From assembly GCA_035193785.1 (NCBI GenBank), contig CP136572.1, forward strand, positions 1,588,577 to 1,652,576: a DNA stretch of 64,000 nt, written 5' to 3'. The translations under genes and the position numbers were made by a program. Within the stretch, counting starts at the first letter, position 1, and each line of letters starts with the position of its first letter. Source of the stretch: Planktothrix sp. GU0601_MAG3 (GTDB taxonomy: Bacteria > Cyanobacteriota > Cyanobacteriia > Cyanobacteriales > Microcoleaceae). Below, piece by piece: positions 44,125 through 55,910 of this stretch. The notes below the pieces were generated by a model, which saw nothing but the letters and a program-made list of their open reading frames with translations, had not been told where the DNA came from and made no database searches.

Positions 44125-44448
44125 ATGAAATCCTATTTCCTAGCCCCCGAACAGGACTGGCAATCCCCGGCGAAGAAGGGTTATTATTGTTTCCGTCTGT
44201 ACGTTGCTGGAACCAATCTTAAATCAATTCTAGCGTTGAAAACCATCAAGTACATTTGTGAAATATACCTAAAAGGCAATTACGATTTAGAAGTAATTGA
44301 CGTATATCAACAACCCGAACTCACGGAGGGACAGAAAATTATCGCTGTCCCCACCTTGATTCGGATTCTCCCCTTGCCTTTACAAAGAATTATCGGGGAC
44401 TTATCTCAAACCGATAAGATTCTGATGGCTTTGAATTTATCTTTTTGA
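44125..44448 (+). CDS. kaiB: KaiB-family protein (copy 2)
   Basis: FRLYVAG, EVIDVYQQP, IAVPTLIRILPLPLQRIIGDLS; ATG 44125 with AGGAG RBS. Confidence 0.92.
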   Translation: MKSYFLAPEQDWQSPAKKGYYCFRLYVAGTNLKSILALKTIKYICEIYLKGNYDLEVIDVYQQPELTEGQKIIAVPTLIRILPLPLQRIIGDLSQTDKILMALNLSF

Positions 44449-44480
44449 AAAAATGTTATTTTGTCAACAAACGGTTAACC

Positions 44481-47400
44481 ATGGTTAACTTAGATCACTC
44501 AGAAGAAGAATTAGAACAGGAAGTTGAAGATCTTCGTTACCAATTGGAAATTGCCAAGGAAACATTACGGGCGATTGGCAATGGGGAAGTTGATGCCTTA
44601 GTAATTTCTGGGTCAGAAGGAGAACAGATTTATACCCTGCAAGGGGCTGATTCTTCCTATCGAATGCTGGTGGAAGAAATGAAAGAGGGTGCCGCTACCA
44701 TTACCACCGATAGTGCATTATTACTCTATTGTAATAAACGATTAGCGTCTCTAGTTAAAACCCCGTTAAAAAATTTAATTGGGACGGATTTTAAAGAATT
44801 TATTTCCCCCTCGGATTTAACCCTATTTCAAGCCCTTTGTCAAAAGGCAAATTTAGGTTCGGGAAAGGCAGAATTAACCCTAATTGCTCGGGATGGGACG
44901 GAAATTCCGGTTTATCTTTCTATTAATATTTTAAATCAAAAAGGTGTGGAGGTTGGGTGTCTAATTATCACCGATTTATCAGAACAAAAACGAGATGAAG
45001 ATATTGTTGCTCAAGAACGGTTAACTCGGTTACTCTTAGAACAGGCGGCTGAGTCTATTATTGTTTGTGACCATCAAGGAAAAATTATTCGCGCCAGTCA
45101 GGAAGCTCAGAGAATTTTAGGGGCAAATTTACTGCTTTCTGATTTCGATGACCTGATTAAACTTGAACTTTTACCGCCACAAAATGGTAGTTCCTCCTTG
45201 CGAAAAAAGGAGAAAAATTCCAATTCTATTTTTTCCGTTGCATCTGTAATTAATGGTCATCCCTATAAGGGACGGGAAGTTCTATTTGTTCGGAAAGATG
45301 GAGAAAAAATCAACTTTTTATTAAGTGCTAGTCCCTTATCTACTCCCCATAGTATTTTTAAAGGCTGTGTGGTGATTCTGACCAATATTACGGAGCGAAA
45401 ATGGTCAGAGGAAGCCTTAAAAAAAATTAATGAAGAACTAGAAATTAAAGTTTCTGAACGGACGGCTGAGTTAGAATCCTTAAATAGTCGTTTAAAACAG
45501 GAATTAGCAGAAACAAGCCCGAACTCAACAGATTTTACGGGATCAAGCCCAACTTTTAGACTTAGCTAATGATGGCATTATTGCCGTTGATTTGAATGAT
45601 TATATCAACTATTGGAATCAGGGGGCGGAAAAACTTTATGGCTATTCCAAATCAGAAGTATTAGGGAAAAATTTAGTTAAATTGCTCAAAATTAAATTTC
45701 CTCAATCCGTAGAAAAAATCAAACAGGAACTGCTAAGAAAAGGAAACTGGGAAGGAGAATTAATTCAAACCAATCGAGGGGGAAATACAGTCATTATTCA
45801 TAGTAGTTGGTCACTCAAAAAAGATGGCAATGGAAATCCAATTGCGATTCTAAAAATTAATCGAGATATTACCAAAGCGAGACAAGCAGAACAAGCCATT
45901 ATTGATTCGGGTTTACGGTTGGCTGGGATTTTAGATATGGCTCAGGATGCGATTATTTCGATTAATGAGCAGCAGGAAATTACTTTATTTAATCAGGGGG
46001 CGGAAAAAATATTTGGTTATACGGCGAATGAAATTTTACAACAGCCCTTTAGTTTATTAATTTCTGAATTTGTATTGCCAAATAATCATCAATATAACTC
46101 GAAATTACTACCGGATTCTTGTCTGATTAAACCCATCGGAGAATATCAAGAAATGATCGGTATCCGCAAAGATGGCACGGAATTTCCGGCGGAAGTTTCT
46201 ATCTCTGAATTGTCCCTAGAAGCCGGAAAAATTTTAACGGTTTTTATGCGGGATATTAGCGATCGCAAACGGGTTGAAATTGCCATTCAAAAAGCCCAAG
46301 AAGACCTGGAAATTAAAGTTCAAGAACGGACAATGCAACTGGCAACTTCCAATGATGAATTAGTCCGAGAAATTGCCGAGCGTAAACTTTTAGAAAATCA
46401 ACTCCATGAAATTAATGAAGAACTCGAACGCCGGGTAAAACAACGCACAAATGAATTAGCTAAAGCCATTGATGACCTGAAAGAAGAAGCCATTGAACGC
46501 CAAAGAACCACCCTAGCTCTACAGGAATCAGAAGCCCGATTTCGGGCGGCTATTGATGGTAGTTTAGATGCGTTTTTTCTCCTACAAAGCTATCGAGATG
46601 CCGGGGGAAAATTAACAAATTTTGTTTTAGTAGATATGAATTCCAAAGCCGAAGAACTACTTTCACAAAACAAAGATAATTTATTAGGAAAAGGACTAAG
46701 TGAGGTTTTTCTGAGAGAGGGAAATCTAACCTATTTTGAGCGATATTTGCGAGCCTTTAAAACCCGTAAAGGCTTTGAGGAAGAATTAGAAATTTCCCAC
46801 CCCAATATTAAGGCAAAATGGGTACAAATGCAAGTGGTTCCTTTGTCCGATGGGATTGCTGTTACCTGTCGTGATATTACGGAACGCAAGAAAACCGAAG
46901 AAGCCGCCCAACAAGCCAATAAAAACCTCACACGCTGGGTGAATGATTTGGAACAACGCAATCGTGAAACCCTGCTATTAGGTCAAATGAGTGAATTTTT
47001 ACAGGCTTGTAATTCCACCGAAGAAGCCTATCAAGTAATTAATGATTTACTTAAACCCTTCTTCCCTAATATTTCGGGGGGGTTATTTGTGGCGAGAAAC
47101 TCTAAAAATCTAGTAGAAATGGTGGCGATTTGGGGAGATTTACGGGGAATCAGTGAGGCGATTTTTTCCCCTCAAGATTGTTGGGCATTACGGCGAGGGA
47201 GAGCCCATTTTGTTCCGGCTTCTACGAGCAATTTATTATGTAAACATATCCATCAAAAAAATCACCGTCAATATCAATTAAATTCCAATATTTCCGGTAA
47301 AATTATTCTCAACTCCCCGACAAAAAACGAACTTCCCAGTGCTTATCCCGTGATGGTTGAACATCTTTGTGTACCGATGATTGCCCAAGGAGATGCCCTA

Positions 47401-48048
47401 GGATTATTGTGTTTAGCCTCCGAAGAATCGGGACGAATTTCGGAAGACCAACAACGGTTAGCAACGGCCGTGGCGGAACATATTGCTTTAGCTTTAGCTA
47501 ACTTGAAATTACGAGAAGCCCTAGAATATCAAAGTATCCGAGATGGTTTAACAGGGTTATATAATCGTCGCTATTTAGAAGAATCCTTAGAACGAGAAAT
47601 TAGTCGCGCCCAACGTCAAAAGTTTAGCCTAGGAATTATTATGATTGATATTGATCATTTTAAACAATATAACGATACCTTTGGCCATGATGCCGGAGAT
47701 GTTGTCTTGCAACAACTGGGAAATATATTACAAAAAAATGTCCGAGGGTCGGATATTGCTTGTCGTTATGGGGGTGAAGAATTTACCCTAATTCTACCAG
47801 AAATTTCTCTGGAACTTGTGAAGGAAAGGGCGGAACAAATTCGGGTTGAAGTACAACAATTAAAGCCCAAACACCGAGATCAAGATTTAGGTCAAATTAC
47901 CCTTTCTTTAGGCATTTCCATGTTCCCCAGTCAAGGTTTAACCGGGGAGTCCATTGTGCGGGCGGCGGACACGGCTTTATACCAAGCTAAAGAAGAAGGA
48001 AGAAACCGAGTCTGTGTTTTTGGTACTAATTTTGATCATTCTGCTTAA
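44481..48048 (+). CDS. Multi-PAS/PAC + GAF diguanylate cyclase; +1 frameshift at GAAAC 45510-45514
   Basis: About five PAS repeats, GAF-like region, DGLTGLYNRR, DIDHFK..ND..GH, RGSD I-site, RYGGEEF. Confidence 0.92.
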
Positions 48049-48258
48049 GTCCGCTTCTTATGATTAATGTATAGATTTATTACAGTTTTGGGAATTATTT
48101 TAATCTTCAAAACTTCTTCAAATTTGTTTCTTATTCTCAGGTCATTATCTAGGTTTTACATCCAAGTGTTTTACATCTAAGTTTTACCGATAGACTCTGA
48201 TCCCTGTCCCAGAAGCTCATCGAAAGTTGCTAGTTCATACGAGGTTTAATCAATTTAT

Positions 48259-48435
48259 ATGCCTACCTGTCCCTGCTGTGCATCGCCAATGCTCCAACAC
48301 GTTCGTAAAGGTCATCTAGTTTGGAGATGTCGCCACTGTTGGCAAGAAATGCCCGACTTGAGTTCAACCCAATCCTTGACGCTTAACTATACCGTATCCT
48401 TAGAAAGAAGAATTAAGGAATTAGCCCTAGCCTAA
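48259..48435 (+). CDS. Small zinc-ribbon protein (58 aa)
   Basis: Manual translation MPTCPCCASPMLQHVRKGHLVWRCRHCWQEMP...; GAGG RBS; below the ORF-track cutoff. Confidence 0.8.
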   Translation: MPTCPCCASPMLQHVRKGHLVWRCRHCWQEMPDLSSTQSLTLNYTVSLERRIKELALA

Positions 48436-48515
48436 AGGGAGTGATAGGATGATAGGCTAATTCTTGGCTGGATTTAACAGAATCAATACCCAAGGCGCGG
48501 GGGGTTTTCTGTTCG

Positions 48516-49253
48516 GTGGCTAGTCCGATATTTAGGGGGGGGATGGAACCATTTAATTTTATTCTTGTTCCTCAAGGTCAAGAATATCAGGCGGTTTTAA
48601 AAGGATTACAACTCGTACAATCATTAAATATTCAGGTTTTACCAATTCCAATCGGTTCTCAGTATTTGGCTGTTTATTTAAAAAAATGGCTCGATTCCGA
48701 GGCTATTAAAAATCAATCTTTACAGGTTTTAGTTCTGGGATTATGTGGGAGTTTATCCCCCCATCTGAGGGTTGGGGACGTTGTGGTTTATCAAAATTGT
48801 GTGCCTTTAATGTCCGAAGATTCTGGTCATCATCCCGGGGATATTACATTTCCCTGGGATTATGATTTGGCTTTATGCTTACACCGAAAATTAATTTCCT
48901 CCCATTTAGTTAGGGGGTTAACCACTGACCGAGTAGTTACCACCACCACCGAAAAACACAAATTCAGCCAAATTTATCCCGTGGAGGTGGTGGATATGGA
49001 AGGATTAATTCTATTAGAATTTTTAACAAAAGCGGGAATTAAAGCGGCAATGGTGAGGGTGGTGAGTGATGATTTCTCTCAAGATTTACCCGATTTAACC
49101 CCGGCAATTGATCAGAATGGAACATTAAAAACATTTCCCTTAATTAAAGTGTTATTACAACATCCAGTTAAGGGATTAAAACTGATTAGAAGTGGTTTAA
49201 AAAGTCTGGCAATTTTGCAACAACTGATCCCAAAATTACAACTCTTGAATTAA
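48516..49253 (+). CDS. Nucleoside phosphorylase-like protein (PNP/UDP family)
   Basis: GLCGSL.P.L.VGD, VVDMEG, RVVSDD. Confidence 0.8.
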   Translation: MASPIFRGGMEPFNFILVPQGQEYQAVLKGLQLVQSLNIQVLPIPIGSQYLAVYLKKWLDSEAIKNQSLQVLVLGLCGSLSPHLRVGDVVVYQNCVPLMSEDSGHHPGDITFPWDYDLALCLHRKLISSHLVRGLTTDRVVTTTTEKHKFSQIYPVEVVDMEGLILLEFLTKAGIKAAMVRVVSDDFSQDLPDLTPAIDQNGTLKTFPLIKVLLQHPVKGLKLIRSGLKSLAILQQLIPKLQLLN

Positions 49254-49529
49254 AACAAAAGGTTGCACAATTAGGGCTTGAAATCGTTTTTTGGGCTGAT
49301 CATTCCAGTGTAAAACTTGTTCTGGGGAGGGTTTATGAATCAACTTTTCACTAATCCAATGTTGGACTGAAAGGGCGTTATCCTGGGCGATCGCTTCCCC
49401 TACGGTTAATAAATCCAATTGGGATTCCACAATAATTATAATCTCCCGTTCCAGGTGGGGCGTTAACCAATCCCATTCCGCTTCGTCCAGGTTTTCTGTG
49501 AGTTGGGATCTTAAAGATTCAGTTTCCAT
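49236..49529 (-). CDS. DUF2288-like conserved protein
   Basis: EAEWDWL.PH, AIAQDN...V..W, LIVQPFVLIQ. Confidence 0.8.
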   Translation of the reverse strand: METESLRSQLTENLDEAEWDWLTPHLEREIIIIVESQLDLLTVGEAIAQDNALSVQHWISEKLIHKPSPEQVLHWNDQPKKRFQALIVQPFVLIQEL

Positions 49530-49567
49530 AAAGTAATTTAGGTGTAAAATTCAACACTGATTAAAAC

Positions 49568-50228
49568 TTAACGTCCGAGATCATGCAGGGCATTAATTTC
49601 ATCGGTACAATGTTGGGTTAATTCCAATAATTCGTCCCGGTCGGTAGAATCGGGAGGAGGAATCAAATTGCCCACTCGTACCGTAATGGGAACCGGTCGA
49701 GGAAAAGAGGAACCCCGATCCTTAATTGCATGGGTTCCCCATAAACACACAGGTAATAGGGGAACTTTCGCCTTGGCTGCAATTAAGGCCGCCCCCAATT
49801 TGGGCTCCGTAATTCGACCATCGGGGGTGCGGGTTTCCCTGGAGAAATACCCCCGCAGCCCAACCATTTTCTAATTGTTGTAACGCCGCCCGAATTGCAC
49901 TGCGATCGGGGGAGCCCCGTTTGACTGGATAGGCCCCATACAGGGAAATCGCCTGTTTCAAGATGGGTACTTCAAATAATTCCTCTTTTGCCATATAGGA
50001 AACCGGGCGGCCCATGTAATTCGACAGTATGAGAGGATCGAAATCACTCGCATGGTTACTCACAACCACTAACGGCCCCGCCAGGGGAACCCGATCCGCA
50101 CCATAAATCCGACCTTGAAAGTACAGATGCAGCATCGGGCTGATCACTGACCACTTGAACAAGTGATACAGAATCAAATTGGAAAGGGGTTCACGACTTC
50201 TCACAAAAGGTGCAAGTTCTTGATTCAC
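49568..50228 (-). CDS. plsC: 1-acyl-sn-glycerol-3-phosphate acyltransferase; +1 frameshift at 49833-49837
   Basis: NHASDFD (HX4D), AKEELF, corrected F.QGTR. Confidence 0.9.
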
Positions 50229-50271
50229 GCGCTTGGTTGAATAGTTCAGGTTTAAAGGTCGAGGTTAGGGG

Positions 50272-51076
50272 CTACTTTTTCTGGCCTTGGGATGCCTTCA
50301 CCGTGGCTAAAACTTCTTCGATTTTAGATAGTTCCACCGCACCGGAGAAGGTTTCACCATTCATAATAAAAAATGGTGTTCCCGAAATCCCCAAACTTTC
50401 CCCTAATTGGATATCCTTTTGAATTGCGGCTTGGGCTTCTGGGCTTTGGCGATCGCGATTGAATTTCTCTAGGTTCAGATTTAACTGTTTAGCGATCGCC
50501 GGATATAGGGCCTCTCCCAACTGATTCTGTTGTGTGAATAAAGCGTTTTGGTATTCCCAGAATTTGCCCTGTTGTTGGGCCGCCCAGGATGCTTTGGCCG
50601 CAGGTAGGGCCTCTGGGTGAATGCGCGTCAGGGGAAAATGCTTATAAACCAGAGTCACCTGATCTTGGTGGATTTTCATAAACTTCTGAATGGTTTCGTT
50701 GGCGCGGGCGCAGAAGGGACACTCAAAGTCAGAAAACTCCACCAGGACAATATTTTTAGCTTCTGAAACCCTTAAACGGAGACGTCCCAACCACCGTCTT
50801 AGGGTTAGTTTTGATCTGTTCTAAGAAAGTTTGCCGCGCCTGTTGTAGTTGGCCGTCCTGTTGCTGTTGATAGGCTTGGACGGACTCTAAAATCACTTCT
50901 GGATGCTGTCGAATCACTTGCAGGATTTGCTGTTCCAGTTGGGGACTGACTGTAACAGTTTGATCGGACTGGGCGGATTTTGAACAACTCATCAACGTCA
51001 CACCGACGATCAAAACTATTGTGATCCATAACCTTGATTGACGATAAAGTTGTTGCCCTATCCTAGAGATGTTCAT
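50272..51076 (-). CDS. DsbA-family thioredoxin-fold lipoprotein; +1 frameshift at GAAAC 50765-50769
   Basis: Lipobox-like LMSC, FSDFECPFC, KHFPL, GTP. Confidence 0.9.
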
Positions 51077-51134
51077 AATCCTGGGTTCCCATCGATTTTT
51101 TTTTGATCCTAACAGTTAATTGTCAACTCCTTTC

Positions 51135-51671
51135 CTAATCGTTGGAGATGTAACCTAAATCCCCTAATTTTTTTAAGACTTTGGCAACACTTTCGGATAA
51201 ATCTTCGTGATCCGTATTACATTCAACCTCTGGATTTGTTGGGGCTTCGTAGGGGTCGTCAATGCCTGTAAACCCTTTAATTTCCCCTGCTCTGGCTCTT
51301 TTATACAATCCTTTGACATCCCGACCTTCACAAACCGTTAGGGGCGCATTCACATAAACTTCCACAAAATCCCCAATTTTCCCCCGCACTTCTTCCCGAA
51401 TTTCTCGATAGGGAGATATGGCAGAAACGAGGACAATTACACCATTTCTGGTTAGGAGATGGGCAACAAATCCAATGCGACGGATATTTTCATCCCGATC
51501 CGGTTTACTAAATCCTAAACCCTTGGTGAGATTTTCCCGAACTATATCCCCATCTAAAATCTCTAGCTTACATCCCTTCTCTTGGAATATTTGAGCCACC
51601 GCTTGGCTAATGGTGGTTTTTCCCGCACCACTTAAACCCGTAAACCATACTGTTACACCTCGATGCTGCAT
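51135..51671 (-). CDS. cysC: Adenylyl-sulfate kinase
   Basis: WFTGLSGAGKTT, LDGD.VR, RDVKGLY, FTGIDDPYE. Confidence 0.97.
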   Translation of the reverse strand: MQHRGVTVWFTGLSGAGKTTISQAVAQIFQEKGCKLEILDGDIVRENLTKGLGFSKPDRDENIRRIGFVAHLLTRNGVIVLVSAISPYREIREEVRGKIGDFVEVYVNAPLTVCEGRDVKGLYKRARAGEIKGFTGIDDPYEAPTNPEVECNTDHEDLSESVAKVLKKLGDLGYISND

Positions 51672-51957
51672 TCAGGTTTTTTCTCCCGTTTTATTTGTTC
51701 AGATCTCCAATAGATTATGGTAAGTCGAGATTGCAGCCCGAGTCAACTAAAATCTTGATTGTAGGTTGGGTAGACTTGACATTTAAACCCTAATTTACCT
51801 TTCCTTGTTTAGTATGGACTGCATCAGAATTAGAGAAAAATATCAAATTTGACAGAATTTCTTTGACTAATGTAGTTTAAACAGTTATCAGTCTAAAATC
51901 CTATAATTCGTTGTTGCGCTTGGGCGCATCTATCCAGAGCTAAAACATCAACCTAAC

Positions 51958-53445
51958 ATGATTTTGAAAAACCCCTTTAAATATTTACTATTTTTATTTC
52001 TGACAACCTCAGTAATTTGGGGAATTATCACTAACCATAATTCCCCCATTTCTGCCCAGGAGAAACCCTCGGGGACAACCAAAACCCTAGTCATGGCAAC
52101 TTCCCCAGATTATCCCCCCTATCAATTTAAAGATACGGCTAACGGTGGGGATAAAATTGTAGGTTTTGATGTAGAAATTGCCGAATATATTACTCAGCAA
52201 TTAGGCTATGATCTAAAAATAAATGGGATGGATTTTAATGGTTTAATTCCGGCTTTAACCGCTAAACGGGCGGATTTTGTCATGGCGGGAATGACCCCTA
52301 CTCCTGAGCGCAAAAAAAATGTAGATTTTTCGGATATCTATTTTGAAGCCAAAAATACCCTTGTTAGTCTCGCCACCCAAAATTATACCGACCCGCAACA
52401 ATTAAAAGGCAAAAAAGTCGGGGTACAACTAGGCTCAATTCAGCAAGAAGCGGTGAAAAATTGGTCGGGGGTAACGGCTATTCCTTTAAATAAAACCAGT
52501 GATATTATTCAGGAGTTAAAATCAAAACGGCTAGATGCGGGGGTTTTAGAAAATACTATTGTTAGGGGCTATATTGCGGCAAATCCCGGGTTAGTATATC
52601 ACGAAGTTCCCAATACCGAAGCCGCAGGATCGGCGATCGCCTTTCCCAAAGGATCACCCTTAGTTAAACCCTTTAATCAGGTGATTCAACAGATGCAAGC
52701 CAGTGGTAAAATTGAGGAACTGGCTAAAAAATGGTTTGACCGTCGAGTCACCCCAGAAACCCCGGAAGTTCCCCATGGAAGCGGATTAAAACTCGATTTT
52801 AATAAAATTGCTCCCAATATTCCCTATATCTTATCCGGGATTTTTATTACCTTACAATTTAGTTTAGTTTCGGCTTTCTTGGGATTTCTTTGGGGAACAA
52901 TTCTCGCCCTATTTAAGATTTCAACAATTAAACCCCTGAATATTTTTTCCCAAGGTTATACCTCCATTTTTCGAGGCACACCCTTACTGGTACAATTAAC
53001 CTTAATTTATTTTGCCACTCCCCAACTAACCGGATATGATATTACCGCCTTTCAAGCGGGGATATTAGCCTTTTCTCTCAATTCTGGAGCCTATATTTCT
53101 GAAACTATTCGGGCGGGAATTCAAGCCGTTGACAAGGGGCAAAAAGAAGCCTGTGAAGCCTTGGGCATTCAATATCAACCAATGATGGTAGATATTATTT
53201 TACCCCAAGCCCTGAGAAACATTCTTCCCGCCCTAGTGAATGAAAGTATTAACCTGTTAAAAGATTCAACCTTAGTATCCGTTATTGGGGTGGAAGATAT
53301 GTTACGTCGGGCGCAAATTGTCGGGGCGGAAAAGTATATTTACTTTGAACCTTTGATTTTTGTAGCTATTATTTATTATCTGATGATTATTACCTTAACT
53401 TGGGGGGCAAATGGACTCGAACGCAAACTCAAAAGCAACAGTTGA
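51958..53445 (+). CDS. Polar amino-acid ABC transporter, fused substrate-binding protein + permease
   Basis: DYPPY, GFDVE, family-3 binding domain; [22 protein letters not shown]. Confidence 0.93.
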   Translation: MILKNPFKYLLFLFLTTSVIWGIITNHNSPISAQEKPSGTTKTLVMATSPDYPPYQFKDTANGGDKIVGFDVEIAEYITQQLGYDLKINGMDFNGLIPALTAKRADFVMAGMTPTPERKKNVDFSDIYFEAKNTLVSLATQNYTDPQQLKGKKVGVQLGSIQQEAVKNWSGVTAIPLNKTSDIIQELKSKRLDAGVLENTIVRGYIAANPGLVYHEVPNTEAAGSAIAFPKGSPLVKPFNQVIQQMQASGKIEELAKKWFDRRVTPETPEVPHGSGLKLDFNKIAPNIPYILSGIFITLQFSLVSAFLGFLWGTILALFKISTIKPLNIFSQGYTSIFRGTPLLVQLTLIYFATPQLTGYDITAFQAGILAFSLNSGAYISETIRAGIQAVDKGQKEACEALGIQYQPMMVDIILPQALRNILPALVNESINLLKDSTLVSVIGVEDMLRRAQIVGAEKYIYFEPLIFVAIIYYLMIITLTWGANGLERKLKSNS

Positions 53446-54173
53446 TCTGGCGGTTAAAGTGGATCGTTTATATAAATCCTTTGGCGATTTAAAAGTCTTA
53501 AAAGGGATTTCCACCGAGATTCAAAAAGGGCAAGTTGTATCAATTATTGGCCCTTCAGGTTGTGGAAAATCCACCTTTTTACGCTGTCTTAATCTTCTGG
53601 AAAAACCGACATCCGGGCATATTTTTATTGATGGGATGGAAATTACCGACCCGAAAGCCGAAATTTATAAAATTCGTCAGTCCGTGGGCATGGTCTTTCA
53701 AAACTTCAATTTATTTCCCCATTTAAGTGTCTTAAAAAATGTGATTTATGCTCCGATAAAAGTTAAAAAAATCTCCGAATCCGTGGCGAAAGATTTAGGC
53801 ATGGAGTTGTTACAAAAAGTGGGCTTGGCAGACAAAGCAGACGTCTATCCCTCCCGACTTTCAGGAGGACAAAAACAACGGGTAGCGATCGCTCGAACTA
53901 TGGCCATGGAGCCGGATATTTTATTAATGGATGAACCCACTTCCGCCCTTGACCCGGAAATGGTAAAAGAAGTTTTAGAAGTAATGAAAGCCTTGGCAAA
54001 AACCGGAATTACCATGGCAATTGTCACCCATGAAATGGGATTTGCCCGGGAAGTTTCTAACCGGATTTTATTCCTAGATAGTGGCTTACTGGCCGAAGAT
54101 TCTCCCCCAGAAACAGTTTTTTAAAAATCCTGAATCTGAACGGGCAAAGCAGTTTTTAGAAAAAATGCTATAA
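53411..54173 (+). CDS. Amino-acid ABC transporter ATP-binding protein (GlnQ-like); +1 frameshift near 54110-54122
   Basis: [34 protein letters not shown]; corrected tail [13 protein letters not shown]. Confidence 0.93.
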
Positions 54174-54387
54174 AGAGAATAGAGAACACCGGAACAGACC
54201 CCAGGGAAATTCCCCCAATCTGACAAAAATTGTGTACTATTAAATAGTGTTACATTAATTCCTGTCTTCGGTGCATTCTGATTCCTCATCCAACTGAGTT
54301 GTCTCAGTTTAAATGATAATCTGTATCACGGGTGACAGAATTTTTCTATCCATCAAGTCGATAATATTGTTAAAAAGGTACAGAACT

Positions 54388-54606
54388 ATGGCAAATTCAA
54401 CCCTCGAGAATAACGCCGCTTCCGCTTCAAATCAGTGGGGTGAAGATTCTCAAATCTGGCAAAGTTTGAAAGTGGCGATCGCATCTAGTTCCGGCTTTCA
54501 ACGCTGGGAATTAGAACGGGATTTAAACCTAATTGAACCCACCACTAATTTAGATCAATTAGTGAGTTTGTACTTACGCGAAACCCTGGAAACCTTAGCT
54601 TATTAA
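54388..54606 (+). CDS. Small conserved cyanobacterial hypothetical protein
   Basis: W.SLK.AIA.SSGFQRW and YLRETLETLAY motifs. Confidence 0.75.
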   Translation: MANSTLENNAASASNQWGEDSQIWQSLKVAIASSSGFQRWELERDLNLIEPTTNLDQLVSLYLRETLETLAY

Positions 54607-54643
54607 AACGTCAGTGTGAGTTTTTTAATCCATAACAATCACC

Positions 54644-54685
54644 AGAAAGTGGGTTTCTAAAGATATTTTTAGAAACCCGCTTTCT
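54644..54685. repeat. AGAAA..GGTTTCT inverted-repeat element (terminator-like)
   Basis: AGAAAGTGGGTTTCT...AGAAACCCGCTTTCT; same family as 21529-21573. Confidence 0.7.
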
Positions 54686-54852
54686 TTAGTATTTACATTC
54701 CATCCTTTAATGTTTGCTATAAATATTTGATCGGGTGGCTAATCACTTTTTTTTGTTTAGTTTAGTAGGTTAAAATTGAGTTAAACTGGAAAATGCGATC
54801 GCCTCAAAAGCAAAATTATGGTTAAATAGAGAATAGCTGAAAGACATAATTT

Positions 54853-55239
54853 TTGACTATGACCCACTCCCTGGAACTTCCCCCCCTGAATACCGATACA
54901 ATTTGGGCAATTATCAATCAAGATCTTGATGATGCAACGGTTAATCAATTGGTTTGGTATTATCTGGGATATCGGTATAATTCTGAAACCCATGAATGGG
55001 ATGGGACAAATGCCAATTCCCATTGGAAAACGGAATATCCCGCACCTCCTGATTTTATCGAAAGTCGTCCCGCAACGGTAAAATTAACTCGTTCTATTCC
55101 CACGGAGAATAAACAATTACTCAAGGAAGAACTAGGTTTTAAGGGTTATAAAATCGGAGAATTTAACCCTAGGGATACTCGACGGGCCACCATGGCCAGT
55201 TGGTTATTGTCCCAAATGAAAGAACTAAAATTAATATGA
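54853..55239 (+). CDS. DUF1823-like conserved cyanobacterial protein
   Basis: VW.YLGYR, RPATVKLTRSIP, QLLKE.LGF.GY, TRRAT..SWLL. Confidence 0.8.
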   Translation: MTMTHSLELPPLNTDTIWAIINQDLDDATVNQLVWYYLGYRYNSETHEWDGTNANSHWKTEYPAPPDFIESRPATVKLTRSIPTENKQLLKEELGFKGYKIGEFNPRDTRRATMASWLLSQMKELKLI

Positions 55240-55841
55240 AATCCTTAAAATTATTGGGTTTATTTGTTTTTTTGACTGGAATTAGTTTGATTTTCATTCC
55301 ACTTTCCTCGGCTGAATCCAGAATCAAAATTGTTGGGAAGTGTGAAACAGAATCCTGTGAAACCCTCTGGAAAAAACTACAATCTAATTTTCCCGAAACT
55401 ACCCAGGATTATCAAAAAAAATGTTTACGCCCTCAAAGATTGGGATTATTAGTTCATGCCAATGAAGATAAAAGTAAAGTTGTTTATTTGACCTGTTGGG
55501 AAGCTAAAATAGACAGAGGAGAACGGGTGGGACAACAATTAGGGATTCTTCCTTTCCCGGGTTATGAACAGGATTTTGGGGTAAAAATAGCCAGCGATGA
55601 TCCTAAAATTCAGGCTATTCTCAAACAAAATAGTCAACAGGTCGAACGCATGAGTTTTAAATGTGCAACCCATGGAGGTGATATTAATATTTTAGTGTCT
55701 GACGATGGTAAAGAAACAGTCACATTACAATGTTATTTTCAGGCTGGGGTTATCTTATTTGACTCTAATAGGGACGGTGTTTTCGATGGTCAATATACTC
55801 GCGGTGCGGGTGTTGATTTTACAGAAGAATTAAAGCAATAG
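55236..55841 (+). CDS. Hypothetical secreted Cys-containing protein
   Basis: Signal peptide, several Cys, DSNRDG motif. Confidence 0.7.
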   Translation: MKSLKLLGLFVFLTGISLIFIPLSSAESRIKIVGKCETESCETLWKKLQSNFPETTQDYQKKCLRPQRLGLLVHANEDKSKVVYLTCWEAKIDRGERVGQQLGILPFPGYEQDFGVKIASDDPKIQAILKQNSQQVERMSFKCATHGGDINILVSDDGKETVTLQCYFQAGVILFDSNRDGVFDGQYTRGAGVDFTEELKQ

Positions 55842-55910
55842 GGAACAGGGAATAGGGAATAGGTAATGGGTAATGGGTAATTCGTAATTCGTAATTCGTA
55901 ATTCGTAATT
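55842..55910. repeat. Short tandem heptamer repeats (STRR-like)
   Basis: GGGAATA, GGTAATG and (TTCGTAA)x4 runs; similar tracts at ~391-411, ~3955-4001 and ~42979-43002. Confidence 0.85.

Noticed and set aside
54323..54336. NtcA-like box GTA-N8-GAC upstream of a small gene
   Set aside because: One mismatch in the core and no well-placed -10 box; not supportable.
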